A stretch of DNA of 57,550 nt from Candidatus Dojkabacteria bacterium. GTDB taxonomy: Bacteria; Patescibacteriota; Dojkabacteria; JAFGLO01. Numbering within the stretch: position 1 is the stretch's first letter; each line of letters opens with the position of its first letter. Where the stretch lies: the NCBI GenBank assembly GCA_016927995.1, contig JAFGLO010000001.1, forward strand, positions 1 through 57,550, given 5' to 3'. The position numbers were made by a program, and so were the translations under genes. This document shows positions 39,442-48,740 of the stretch, in pieces. The notes beneath the pieces are model-generated. The model saw only the letters and a program-made list of their open reading frames with translations. It searched no databases and was not told the DNA's origin.

Positions 39442-40836
39442 CTACTTGGAGTCTTTGGCGGATGTTCCGCTTACCAGTGGAGGCGGTGTTATGAGCCCAC
39501 CGGAATTCTTTGATTCCCCGGATTTCCCCTTGGGTTCATTATTATGATCCGCTTCCTGTTTAGGCTTTTCTTCATCTTTTGAGGAAGAATCTGACTCAAC
39601 CTTCTCTGACTTCATTTCAGGTTGACTGCTATTATACTTCTCTGTTGCCGAAATTTCAACCCCTAATATTGATTTGATATTAGAAAGAAGTTCCTTCTCT
39701 ACGGTCGAAACCAACCTGTCCTTTGCAACAAACACTGTCCTATATTTGTCACCCCCCATTGTATAGTTACCAACAATCTCTTTGGCATTTAAGTTTCTAT
39801 CGTTAACTTCTAAAACTCCTTTAACTTCTTTTTCATATTCATATAGTACAAAGGCGATTTTATGGTTTGCGGCAATATTGAAAATTGTTTTCCCACCCAT
39901 ATCAACATCTGAAACAAAACCTATGGCATTCTTAATCTCCGACTTATTAACAACACTCCAGTAAACTCCTGACTTTTCATCATTTTTCATATTTTTCATG
40001 ATTATCCGTTGCAATTCAACAGCTCCCTTTTGATAAAACATGTAAATATCGGAAAATGCCTGTTTAATATTACCCCCAACAGAAGAAAGTTCAGAAATAA
40101 CACCGGCAGCACCATCGGGAACTTCACCAATCTGCATTATTTGAATACTTGATAAAACACCTTCGGTTAAGCTTGCCACTATATTTTTGACCTTCTCGGT
40201 ATCCTTACTTGAAAACACATTTAATCGTTTAGCAAAATAATAAACAACAACACTAATTGGAACACCTTCTTCACCCACCTTAAGGTTTCCAAATATCTGA
40301 TTTCCCGAAAGATTATTAAAGTTTACAACCGAGGCATCCTGAAACAAGTACTCCGACTGAGAATAGATCGGGTCAAGCCATGAAAGATTTCGACAACCGA
40401 AAACAACAACACTATCATAATCGGCACCTGCTTTGTTAAACGAGACACGACTAAAATCGAATTTACCTTTAAGTGGTGTTATGTAAAGGAAAAGGTCCTC
40501 ACCGTCATCATCCCACTTAATTCTGTCAATTTCGGCACCCGACTCATCGGCATAGTTAATTTTTATTATATACTTTGTCTTTGCAAGCTTTGTAGTGTAG
40601 GTGATACCATATCGCTCTAGAAGCTTTTTATATTTTGCGGATACCTCCTTGTTAAAAACAATATCAACCGTATTCTGGTAAGCCTCCTCCACAATACTTT
40701 TAAAGGCAATCATACCTGAAATGGTATCGTAATCTACGTCATTCCGCAAAACTAAAAGAATCTTTTTTCCTTTGCCTAGTTCGTTAAAATATGAAAATAG
40801 CTGATCTACCTGAGAGTTATTCATAAAGGGTTGCAA
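39442..40836 (-). CDS. hypothetical protein, possibly a degenerate DHH/DHHA1 (NrnA-like) fold, with an acidic/Lys-rich disordered tail
   Basis: Position downstream of pnp-rpsO and weak resemblance to DHH motif I (NDVDYDTISG) and the DHHA1 GGG motif (MGGDKY). The catalytic His residues are not evident. Confidence 0.3.
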   Translation of the reverse strand: MQPFMNNSQVDQLFSYFNELGKGKKILLVLRNDVDYDTISGMIAFKSIVEEAYQNTVDIVFNKEVSAKYKKLLERYGITYTTKLAKTKYIIKINYADESGAEIDRIKWDDDGEDLFLYITPLKGKFDFSRVSFNKAGADYDSVVVFGCRNLSWLDPIYSQSEYLFQDASVVNFNNLSGNQIFGNLKVGEEGVPISVVVYYFAKRLNVFSSKDTEKVKNIVASLTEGVLSSIQIMQIGEVPDGAAGVISELSSVGGNIKQAFSDIYMFYQKGAVELQRIIMKNMKNDEKSGVYWSVVNKSEIKNAIGFVSDVDMGGKTIFNIAANHKIAFVLYEYEKEVKGVLEVNDRNLNAKEIVGNYTMGGDKYRTVFVAKDRLVSTVEKELLSNIKSILGVEISATEKYNSSQPEMKSEKVESDSSSKDEEKPKQEADHNNEPKGKSGESKNSGGLITPPPLVSGTSAKDSK

Positions 40837-40909
40837 TAAATTATAACTACAGGCAGTTTGGTTTTTAAGTATATCCTATATAGATAGTCGATGCAATACT
40901 ATCAGTTAC

Positions 40910-42814
40910 TTACTGCTTTATCTCAAAGATTATGCGCTTAACATTGAATGGAAAATGCTTTATTCTTTCAAGGTAATTTTCGGGAATATATTTTACTTCG
41001 GCAGTTCTTGACATATGGGGCAACTTATCAAGGTATGCAATTCCTTGAGAAAACGAAAGTCCCTTAAGCTCCTGGGCAATTTTTTCTTTATCAAGTGTGG
41101 TAACCATTATGCCGTGAGCCTCAAGTGAAAGAATTATATCTCCCCCACTAACCTCTTTTACAGAGACTTCAAAATAATATTCCGATGACAAATTCATTTG
41201 AAATGCATCATTTGCTTCACCTGAAATAACCTTTTGTTCATAGTCGTTACGCAAAACACTTTGAATCATTGAATCTAGTTCGTCGTCGTTGTAGTAAACA
41301 GCTGTACCACCCATGCTAACCGTTACATTTACAATTGAGCCTTCCGATCCGATTGGAATATCGGTTGAAAACCTTTCCACCCCTTCACCCGGCGCCGGTT
41401 CAAAGACAATTGAGTCTTCTACCAGTACCCATCCGTCATTTTTGTGTAGGTCTATAAATTTTGTTTTTAATTGGGATTTTAGGTCATTCTCCAACTCTAC
41501 ACCTAATGTGGTTACATCATTTTCACCAACCGTAGTTACTTCACGTTTACTTCCACCTGAAATTCCTGAAACAGTCTGTCCTTCAAGCTCTGAAAATCCC
41601 TGAATGACAAATCTGGATCCAGAGGGAAGATTATAACCTTCCCCAAGTGCAACCGCCCTAATATTTACCGTGGCGGAGCCCTTGGTGGTTCCTTCAATAG
41701 TTGTCGTTTGTCTTGGAACCGTTACAGAATCAACAGTTCCGTATTGCAAGGCTCCTGAAGTAATTGTTGTACCTGCAGGAACCGTTACATTATCTTCACT
41801 TGAGTTATATAGCGTTACCACGCCATTTGCATAATCCCCAACCTCCGAACGGGCTGTTGTACTAGCGCTATCCGAAGTTTTTAAAGCTTTTTCGTCTAAA
41901 TAACTTTCGGTTTTACTTGAAAGTATGTATGTTTTATCGGCATGATTAATCACGATTCCGTTAGTATCATCCCTTGCTATTATTTCGCCGGTAAAACTAA
42001 CGTCAACATTTTGGGGATAAAGTGTAATTACAACCTTGGGTAATAAAAAATAGTAATACAAGAACCAAAGTACCCCTACCAAAACACCGATTGCGATACC
42101 GATTACTAAAAGCTTATTCTCCAGAAGTTTTTTAAAATCAAAGGTTCCGCTAAGTTTCTCAAACCGTTCGCGTATACCTCCCCTTTTTACAAAAACCTCT
42201 TGACCATCCTTTGTACCTGTTGCTATTACCGCACCATGAAGTTTTGAAAAATCTATACCTATTATTTTGTTCTTCTTTAGGTCCGGTTTACCTACCGATG
42301 TAGCAGCAGACGGTGTGGAAACATTAGTGACATCATCTTGTAATGTGTTAATATCTGATCCGACAGCAAACGAGAATGTACCTTCCTTACGAATTTCCGG
42401 TGTAGATGTAGCTGATACCGCTGAACCAACTAATGAAGGAATTTTAGAATCAGCTAAAATGTTAACGGGTTGGGAAGCTTTGTCGGCAGTTGAACTTACC
42501 TCTAATTTCTTCGTTTCACTAGAAGGCATAGGTTCATTCCACGATTTACTGCTTAACAATGTTTCGTCCTTTACGCAGGTAATGCCAAGTTTTTCGCATA
42601 GAGGAAATGTTGCAACGTCTTTTGTTAAGATAACAAGTCTTTTTCCTGATTCAACGGCCTTTTCTCGCAAAAGATCGATACTAACCAGGCTTGAACTGAT
42701 ATCTGATCCCTCCTCGAATACCAAAAGCAGCTTGTCGGATTTACTCGAAGCAATCTTTTTGACAACTGAAGTCAAAAGATCTTTTTTCTCGACAAGTATC
42801 TTATCAACGGTCAT
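40910..42814 (-). CDS. hypothetical single-pass membrane protein with a large extracytoplasmic domain
   Basis: 634-aa ORF with a TM helix (LLVIGIAIGVLVGVLWFLYYYFLL) near residue 240. It abuts the upstream FtsA-like gene (stop/start adjacent at 42814/42815). Confidence 0.4.
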   Translation of the reverse strand: MTVDKILVEKKDLLTSVVKKIASSKSDKLLLVFEEGSDISSSLVSIDLLREKAVESGKRLVILTKDVATFPLCEKLGITCVKDETLLSSKSWNEPMPSSETKKLEVSSTADKASQPVNILADSKIPSLVGSAVSATSTPEIRKEGTFSFAVGSDINTLQDDVTNVSTPSAATSVGKPDLKKNKIIGIDFSKLHGAVIATGTKDGQEVFVKRGGIRERFEKLSGTFDFKKLLENKLLVIGIAIGVLVGVLWFLYYYFLLPKVVITLYPQNVDVSFTGEIIARDDTNGIVINHADKTYILSSKTESYLDEKALKTSDSASTTARSEVGDYANGVVTLYNSSEDNVTVPAGTTITSGALQYGTVDSVTVPRQTTTIEGTTKGSATVNIRAVALGEGYNLPSGSRFVIQGFSELEGQTVSGISGGSKREVTTVGENDVTTLGVELENDLKSQLKTKFIDLHKNDGWVLVEDSIVFEPAPGEGVERFSTDIPIGSEGSIVNVTVSMGGTAVYYNDDELDSMIQSVLRNDYEQKVISGEANDAFQMNLSSEYYFEVSVKEVSGGDIILSLEAHGIMVTTLDKEKIAQELKGLSFSQGIAYLDKLPHMSRTAEVKYIPENYLERIKHFPFNVKRIIFEIKQ

Positions 42815-44095
42815 CTACATTTTCATACTCAAATGATTTTGCGGGTTCTTATAGATATCCCAAGCGTATCTTGCGATTGCAACCGGCGTAACATCTATTG
42901 CCGATTTTAATTTCTCGGTTTTGTCTATGCAGTCACTAAGCGCAACGGGCGTAATTATAACTGCTTTAGGATGTTTAATAAATGGTATATATTTCTTCCA
43001 TGGATAGGTAAGAATTATCTCTTTGATATCGGGTAGCAAGCTCCCGCCGCCACACAGATAAATATCAGATGGCATCTGTTCGATATCGGTAAATTGTGAA
43101 AGCGCGATACGAACTCCATCTGCCCAAAGTGAAGCATCTTCTGCCACAATGGCCTTAACCTCTTTAGCTATTGTTTTTTCTAGTGAGCCTTCGGAATATT
43201 TTATCTTTCGCTTTTCCGCAAAACGATATTCAAGATTCATTGACTTGGCTATACTTTCGGTAAAGATTCGACCGCCAAAAGCAAACATATAACTATTAAC
43301 TAATGTACCTTTCTGGACTACGGCTATGTCTGACGTTCCTCCACCTACATCAATAAAGATCCCGTCAAATTCAATGCTATCTGCACCCTTAAAGGCCTTT
43401 GCAATTGAAAAAGGTTGCGCAACTATTGAGATAACCTCCAGGTTCAAACGTTTTATGACGGATATTATTGCTTCTACAAAAGTATACGGCGCAAAAACAG
43501 CATTAAAATAAAGCTTCATAAGTTTACCCCGGAGACCCGCCATTCTGGAAACACGTACTGCTCCAATTTCTACTGCAGTAAGATCTACGTGAAGCGGAAC
43601 AACATCTTCCCTGCTTACATTAAGCCGCCTGGAAAGATCATCAATTCCGCTAAGAATGACATTCTCACGAACATTACTTATTATTGACTCTTCTTCGTCC
43701 TCGGTAATCTCTAGGGTTGCATTGTTTTCCCGATCATAGGTAACCATTACCGGCTCGCCACTAACCATTTCACCGGCAATTCCCAAGATTATATACCTTG
43801 GAAGCTGTTCAACCGTAGCACCGGCTTTTACAAGATCGGAAACCAAATCGTTATATACAAGCTGAAGATTATCAGTTACCGTTTCAATATTTTGGATAAT
43901 TCCACTGCGCATAGCATGATGCTGTTGCCAAACCCTCGAGGATTTAATAATTTCTACGCCAGATTCGGTTACTTTACACAAAAGACCTTTTAAAACCTCA
44001 GTACCTATGTCGACGGCAATGTAAAGGTCACCCAACGTTAGATTTCGTGGCTGCTCTTTCTTAAATAGTTTGTCAAAAAAAGGAATATTTACCAT
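42815..44095 (-). CDS. ftsA: actin-fold ATPase, FtsA-like (FtsA/PilM family)
   Basis: Phosphate-1 motif AVDIGTE, phosphate-2 FIDVGGGTSDIAVV, and adenosine motif YLCGGGSLLPDI. 426 aa. Confidence 0.65.
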   Translation of the reverse strand: MVNIPFFDKLFKKEQPRNLTLGDLYIAVDIGTEVLKGLLCKVTESGVEIIKSSRVWQQHHAMRSGIIQNIETVTDNLQLVYNDLVSDLVKAGATVEQLPRYIILGIAGEMVSGEPVMVTYDRENNATLEITEDEEESIISNVRENVILSGIDDLSRRLNVSREDVVPLHVDLTAVEIGAVRVSRMAGLRGKLMKLYFNAVFAPYTFVEAIISVIKRLNLEVISIVAQPFSIAKAFKGADSIEFDGIFIDVGGGTSDIAVVQKGTLVNSYMFAFGGRIFTESIAKSMNLEYRFAEKRKIKYSEGSLEKTIAKEVKAIVAEDASLWADGVRIALSQFTDIEQMPSDIYLCGGGSLLPDIKEIILTYPWKKYIPFIKHPKAVIITPVALSDCIDKTEKLKSAIDVTPVAIARYAWDIYKNPQNHLSMKM

Positions 44096-44151
44096 GTGAG
44101 CAGTATATCAAATTGTACTCACTAATTGTATCATATATTTAATCGTATGGA

Positions 44152-44185
44152 TTCGTAGGGACGGGTTTAAACCTGTCCCTACGAA
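44152..44185. repeat. REP-like palindromic repeat, best copy (34-nt palindrome)
   Basis: ttcgtagggacgggtttaaacctgtccctacgaa is self-complementary over its whole length except for one G-U position. Confidence 0.9.
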
Positions 44186-44235
44186 ATATGCATGAATTGT
44201 ATATACATCAAACCAATGTGATAAAATTATAATAT

Positions 44236-44308
44236 GCGGTGGTAGTTCAGTTGGTAGAATATCTGCTTCCCAAGCAGGAGGTCGCGAGTTCGAGCCTCGT
44301 CCACCGCT
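44236..44308 (+). tRNA. tRNA-Gly (anticodon CCC)
   Basis: Hand-folded cloverleaf. Acceptor GCGGTGG/CCACCGC, D arm GTTC..GAAT, anticodon stem TCTGC/GCAGG with loop TT-CCC-AA, T arm GCGAG-TTCGAGC-CTCGT. No encoded CCA. Confidence 0.9.
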
Positions 44309-44321
44309 AATGACTTGCAAC

Positions 44322-45515
44322 TCAAACAATATCTTTATTAATATCTAAGAACTCTTTTTCTCCTGCCAGAACTTGCTTCATGTATTCCATTTGATTTCCG
44401 GAGGCACGTAAAGCAAACCCCTGATCACCACTAAAATAGAGTTTAAAGTTCGAGGTGTAGAACCTTATTACATGCTGAAATATCTGATTTACAAATCCGG
44501 CATAAAATTGATTTGCATTTTCCAAACTAAACTCAGTGGGATTAGTATCCCTAATCCCTTCAAGCAATGCTCTGTAGTTTTTGATATTGACATTTATATT
44601 GCTAATTGCAGATTCCTCGGAACATCCCTCAACAGCCGTTCTTAGTGCAGCACCAACATCCAATGCTCTAGGTCCTTTCCAAACCGTATCCATATCTATA
44701 ATTGCAATTGGGATTTTATTATCATTGCAAACATAATTTGCTGCTTTTGCATCTCCATGCCAAACCCCAGATGTACTATTCTTAACCAACTTCCAGCGTA
44801 AATTCTCTCTATCGAAGTTGTTCGTAATAAAATCTTCTATAGATGAATCTCCTTTATTTCTTTTGTTTTTCAGGATAATCTGCAAATCGTTATAATACTT
44901 ATCGAAATCATAGTAACCAGGTAAAGGATCCATTAAGTATTCTTCCACCCCACTTGCCTCCTCCCAAAACTTTGCAAGCAATTTTCCGGCAACATAACAC
45001 TGAGAGGAATCACTAAAACTCTTTGTACAGATACCGGGAATATACTCATTTACACGTAAACACGATTTCCTTATTTTACCATTCTTGTCTAGCCAATTTG
45101 TTAAAACAACTACGTTGCCTTTATTTGTTAACCTTTGCCATACTAGTCCCTCTCTGGCTTTCATTTTATCTAGGCCAGAAGTTAATCGTTTATTAAAAAT
45201 ATGAGCTCTAACATTGTGGGCATTACATAGTAAAGCCTTGGGATTAAATACTTTCTCATTTACAAATTGAACCACATACTGTTTAATCACGCCACTTTCT
45301 TCATCTTCAGCTGTTACTATTGATGTGTCATTAATAAGCCCTCCATCGGGATCTACTGGATCACCAATAAGTTTAAGTCCCCAATATCGCTTCAACGACC
45401 CAGCTAATTTAAAATCTTTTGCAGAAGTAGAATCCTTTTCTGACTTGACCTTGGAAATATAACTTCTTTCATAATCCTCGGTTGAAACAGATGGAGATGG
45501 TATCAAAGTGGTCAT
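44322..45515 (-). CDS. phosphotransferase family protein (APH/choline-kinase-like protein-kinase fold)
   Basis: Catalytic loop VWHGDAKAANYV (HGDxxxxN) followed by IAIIDMDTV (DxD metal site). Confidence 0.55.
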   Translation of the reverse strand: MTTLIPSPSVSTEDYERSYISKVKSEKDSTSAKDFKLAGSLKRYWGLKLIGDPVDPDGGLINDTSIVTAEDEESGVIKQYVVQFVNEKVFNPKALLCNAHNVRAHIFNKRLTSGLDKMKAREGLVWQRLTNKGNVVVLTNWLDKNGKIRKSCLRVNEYIPGICTKSFSDSSQCYVAGKLLAKFWEEASGVEEYLMDPLPGYYDFDKYYNDLQIILKNKRNKGDSSIEDFITNNFDRENLRWKLVKNSTSGVWHGDAKAANYVCNDNKIPIAIIDMDTVWKGPRALDVGAALRTAVEGCSEESAISNINVNIKNYRALLEGIRDTNPTEFSLENANQFYAGFVNQIFQHVIRFYTSNFKLYFSGDQGFALRASGNQMEYMKQVLAGEKEFLDINKDIV

Positions 45516-45582
45516 ATAGTATCAGCTATAATTAATGGTTAATTATATACCGCAATACCCCATAAAAGACAACCTAACACCC

Positions 45583-46323
45583 TTAATCTACAACTGTTCC
45601 AACAAAACTCTCTTGCATAAACATGTTTTTAAGGTTTCGAATGTCCGGTCCAAGTACAATAAAGCTAAGCCCATTTTCATGAGCAGTTTTAGCTGCAATA
45701 GGATCAATTGGCCAACTAGCGCCAGGTTTATGCTGTGTTACACCATCAATAATTTTAGAGTAACTGTCCCAGGTTAAGTGACTTATTCGCTCTGCATCTT
45801 TATATTTGGTAGGATTCTTGTTGTAAACTCCATCAACGTTTTTTATACTTACTATCCTGCTTGCCGAAAGTCGCATTGCAAGCATTACCGCATTCATGTC
45901 TGTACTGCTTTCATGTCTATGTCCTCCACATGCTAAAAATATAGGTTTTTCTTCGAAGGAATACTTCTTGTTAACAAACTTAAAAAGTTGCAGGTAATCA
46001 TCGAGTGCCACAATATGTTCACTACAAATATCCGAAAGAAATGCCTGAACAACTGTAGCATTCATTAGCGTTGCCACAATACCTACTCTATGTCGATGAA
46101 TATCATCAGCTCCAAGGTCTAAAAGCTCGTTACCGTATTGTCTTGCAAGGTAACCGCCGCCAACGGTTATAGCAAATTTATAACCGATATTGATCATTGG
46201 AAGAAGAATTTCTTTTTTAAGTTCACGAATAAACCTATGATTAATTGCCCTGTCCGAAGCCGGTGAAATTACCGATCCTCCAAGCTTAAGCACAATTACC
46301 TTGCTATCCATAAAGTGAGGCAA
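45583..46323 (-). CDS. pyrH: amino-acid-kinase-fold protein, most like archaeal-type UMP kinase
   Basis: VLKLGGSVISP, TVGGGYLARQY, STDMNAVMLA, NVDGVYNKNP and a C-terminal GTVV fit the PyrH pattern. Isopentenyl-phosphate kinase cannot be excluded by eye. Confidence 0.55.
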   Translation of the reverse strand: MPHFMDSKVIVLKLGGSVISPASDRAINHRFIRELKKEILLPMINIGYKFAITVGGGYLARQYGNELLDLGADDIHRHRVGIVATLMNATVVQAFLSDICSEHIVALDDYLQLFKFVNKKYSFEEKPIFLACGGHRHESSTDMNAVMLAMRLSASRIVSIKNVDGVYNKNPTKYKDAERISHLTWDSYSKIIDGVTQHKPGASWPIDPIAAKTAHENGLSFIVLGPDIRNLKNMFMQESFVGTVVD

Positions 46324-46402
46324 TTAAATTAACCCATATTTCATTATATCCCTTAGAAGCAGGTTTGTAACCACCCCTACCTAATTGATCGTGATATAAT
46401 AA

Positions 46403-47108
46403 TTGATCATGGATCCGGAAATATTAATAGAGGACAACAGAATAAAACTTGCACGGATTCTTAACAAGTTCGATAACCCAATAGCCAAATATCCCAAATT
46501 TGGCGTGTGGACATACTTACTTGATTCCGAAGATGGCATAATTGTGTTTGATCCAGGTCCACGATATAAAGTCTTTTCCATAAGAAAGAAAGAGACTTAT
46601 AACGCCGAACGGACAATTGAGGCGGTAGAACATTTATTCCCCCAAAAGCCAATTACCCAGATTCTATTCTCACACTACCATGTAGATCATGCAGAAGCAG
46701 CACCACACCTTCAGTATCTGGCCTTGAAAAAATTCGGACTATTACCTTCATGAGAAAGAATACGAACCCAAACGTCTAGCAAAAGTAATAAATACGAATA
46801 TAGATAAAATGTTTAAAAAATCCGGTTATCCAATCTGGCGTTTTGGCGGATTTGTACAGGATAATGAACAAATTGGAAATACTGAATTTAGAGCAGTTCA
46901 TGCTCCCGGACATACCACCGGAAACATCTCACTTATAAGCACCCACTACAAAACAATAATTACCGGCTGGTGGATTGAGGGTAAATATAAACCACTTGTC
47001 GGACTTGTACAAAGAATTGCCGATGAAGACAGAAAAGACTATCCGACCACAATCGCCCGTATTAAAAAACCAGGATTTAAATATTACTATTATCATCCAA
47101 ATATATAA
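46403..47108 (+). pseudogene. MBL-fold metallo-hydrolase interrupted by a +1 frameshift
   Basis: The first ORF carries HYHVDH (HxHxDH) and the second carries AVHAPGHTTGN. The second frame is open back to 46724, so the two frames overlap only across the A6 run at 46727-46732. Confidence 0.7.
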
Positions 47109-47213
47109 CCAAGGACAAGTTTCAAGTCTGTATAAAAAACTTTATTACCAGGTTACAAACCAATCCCTACACGATATAATCAAATCACATAAATTCAATC
47201 TAAAAAAATCTGC

Positions 47214-48725
47214 ATGAAGATTACATTTGTATATCCGGATTTTGAATATAGGGAAACTACAACAGGTTGGCTTGTTGAAAAGGGTGGATGGTACCATGAA
47301 GGGTTGGCCCAACTTGGTTCGATTGCAGAAGAAGCTAATTGGGAAGCCGATCTTATTCATCTTATGGAACCAACCACAGAAGAAAAATTTAAGGCTGAAA
47401 TCAAAAATCGTAAACCGGATGTCGTCGGATTTTCGCTACGTGTTGGGGCCTCTGAATATTCAAAACGCCTTGTGAAATGGGTAAAAGAAGTAAATCCCAA
47501 AATAATAATTACACTGGGCGCTTATTTCCCCACAATGGAGCCGGAACAAGCTATTTCCTGGCCGGAGGTTTCTATAATATTCATTGGTGAATCAGAAGTC
47601 TCGATGGCATATTTCCTGAATAAAGTTGCTGCCGGAAAATCATTTTCCGATACTCCCAGTACGTGGGTAAAAACAACCTCCACCAAAGGAAAAACTAAAA
47701 TTATAAAAAATCCGGTTGGTCCTCTGGTAGAGGACCTTGACACGTTACCTCTTCCCAAATTCGACATATTTGATTTCGAAAAGCTTATTGGAGCAAAACT
47801 AAAAGTGGCACTTGCCGGAATGACCCGTGGTTGTCCTTATAACTGTACCTACTGTTGGAACAACATCGCTCGAAAACTTTATCCCAACAAAGAAAAATAC
47901 GTACGATTCAGATCCCCGGAAAACGGAATCGCCTACATGAAAAAACTTATTAAGACTTATCCCGGAGCTAAACGAATACGCTTCACCGATGACATTTGGC
48001 CCGTCTATACGGAATGGTCAAGAAAACTTAAAGACTTATATATCAAAGAGATTAACCTACCCTTCGAGTGCAACTATAGGGCAAATCTCTTTAACGAAGA
48101 CAAAGCAAAAATTCTTAAAGAAATGGGATGTGCGGGTATTTATTTTGGAGTTGAATCCGGTGATGAATATATTAGAAACTCAATATTTAAGAGAATGTTA
48201 GAAGAAAAAGATATGCAGAAAGCCTTTGATCTCTGTCACAAACACGGCATAAAGACATATGCATACAACATTATAGGTGCTCCATATGAAAACATGAAAA
48301 CTGCACTTGCTACTGTCAAACTTAACGCAAGGTTAGGATCAGATACAATGTTTTTTGCCATATATTCACCTTATGGCGGAACTGATCTTGAGAGAATGGC
48401 AGTGGAAGCAGGCTTTTTTGATCCTAGTAAGCCACTTGATCCTGACGTAAATATAATAATGCCTGATTTCAATTACAATCAAATAAAATTTGCGGCACTC
48501 TATGCAAAGTTTTTTGTTAGGCTTTATCAGTTTGCATTTAAGCTTCCCGGATTTTTAAAACCCTTTATGGAAAAGATCTTGGACAAGATATGGCTTGCAA
48601 AGTGGTTACCCTACCATTTCTTAACAAAGCTTATGGTCTGGTATAATGCAAGTATTTTAAGACTGAAGATATTTATAAAGAAAAATATGACACCACTTTA
48701 CTTCTTCCTTAAAAAATTCCAATAA
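47214..48725 (+). CDS. B12-binding-domain radical SAM protein (class B rSAM)
   Basis: N-terminal Rossmann-like, cobalamin-domain-like region. The CxxxCxxC cluster motif lies in TRGCPYNCTYCWN, followed by GVESGDE. The C-terminus is hydrophobic/amphipathic. Confidence 0.8.
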   Translation: MKITFVYPDFEYRETTTGWLVEKGGWYHEGLAQLGSIAEEANWEADLIHLMEPTTEEKFKAEIKNRKPDVVGFSLRVGASEYSKRLVKWVKEVNPKIIITLGAYFPTMEPEQAISWPEVSIIFIGESEVSMAYFLNKVAAGKSFSDTPSTWVKTTSTKGKTKIIKNPVGPLVEDLDTLPLPKFDIFDFEKLIGAKLKVALAGMTRGCPYNCTYCWNNIARKLYPNKEKYVRFRSPENGIAYMKKLIKTYPGAKRIRFTDDIWPVYTEWSRKLKDLYIKEINLPFECNYRANLFNEDKAKILKEMGCAGIYFGVESGDEYIRNSIFKRMLEEKDMQKAFDLCHKHGIKTYAYNIIGAPYENMKTALATVKLNARLGSDTMFFAIYSPYGGTDLERMAVEAGFFDPSKPLDPDVNIIMPDFNYNQIKFAALYAKFFVRLYQFAFKLPGFLKPFMEKILDKIWLAKWLPYHFLTKLMVWYNASILRLKIFIKKNMTPLYFFLKKFQ

Positions 48726-48740
48726 ATTTAACACACACTC

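Noticed and set aside
2018-44185. Repeated about 30-nt palindromes as a possible CRISPR array.
   Set aside because: The copies are dispersed 2-20 kb apart in separate intergenic regions, not in a repeat-spacer array, and no cas genes are present. They behave like REP-type elements.
44108-44329. 73-aa ORF on the minus strand.
   Set aside because: It overlaps the tRNA-Gly(CCC) gene and the REP-like palindrome. Its apparent coding capacity is a by-product of those structured sequences.
46751-46753. The TGA ending the first half of the MBL hydrolase as a programmed read-through or selenocysteine site.
   Set aside because: Reading through TGA stays in a frame that hits TAA about 20 codons later and does not join the second half. 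A +1 indel in the A6 run explains the split without special decoding.
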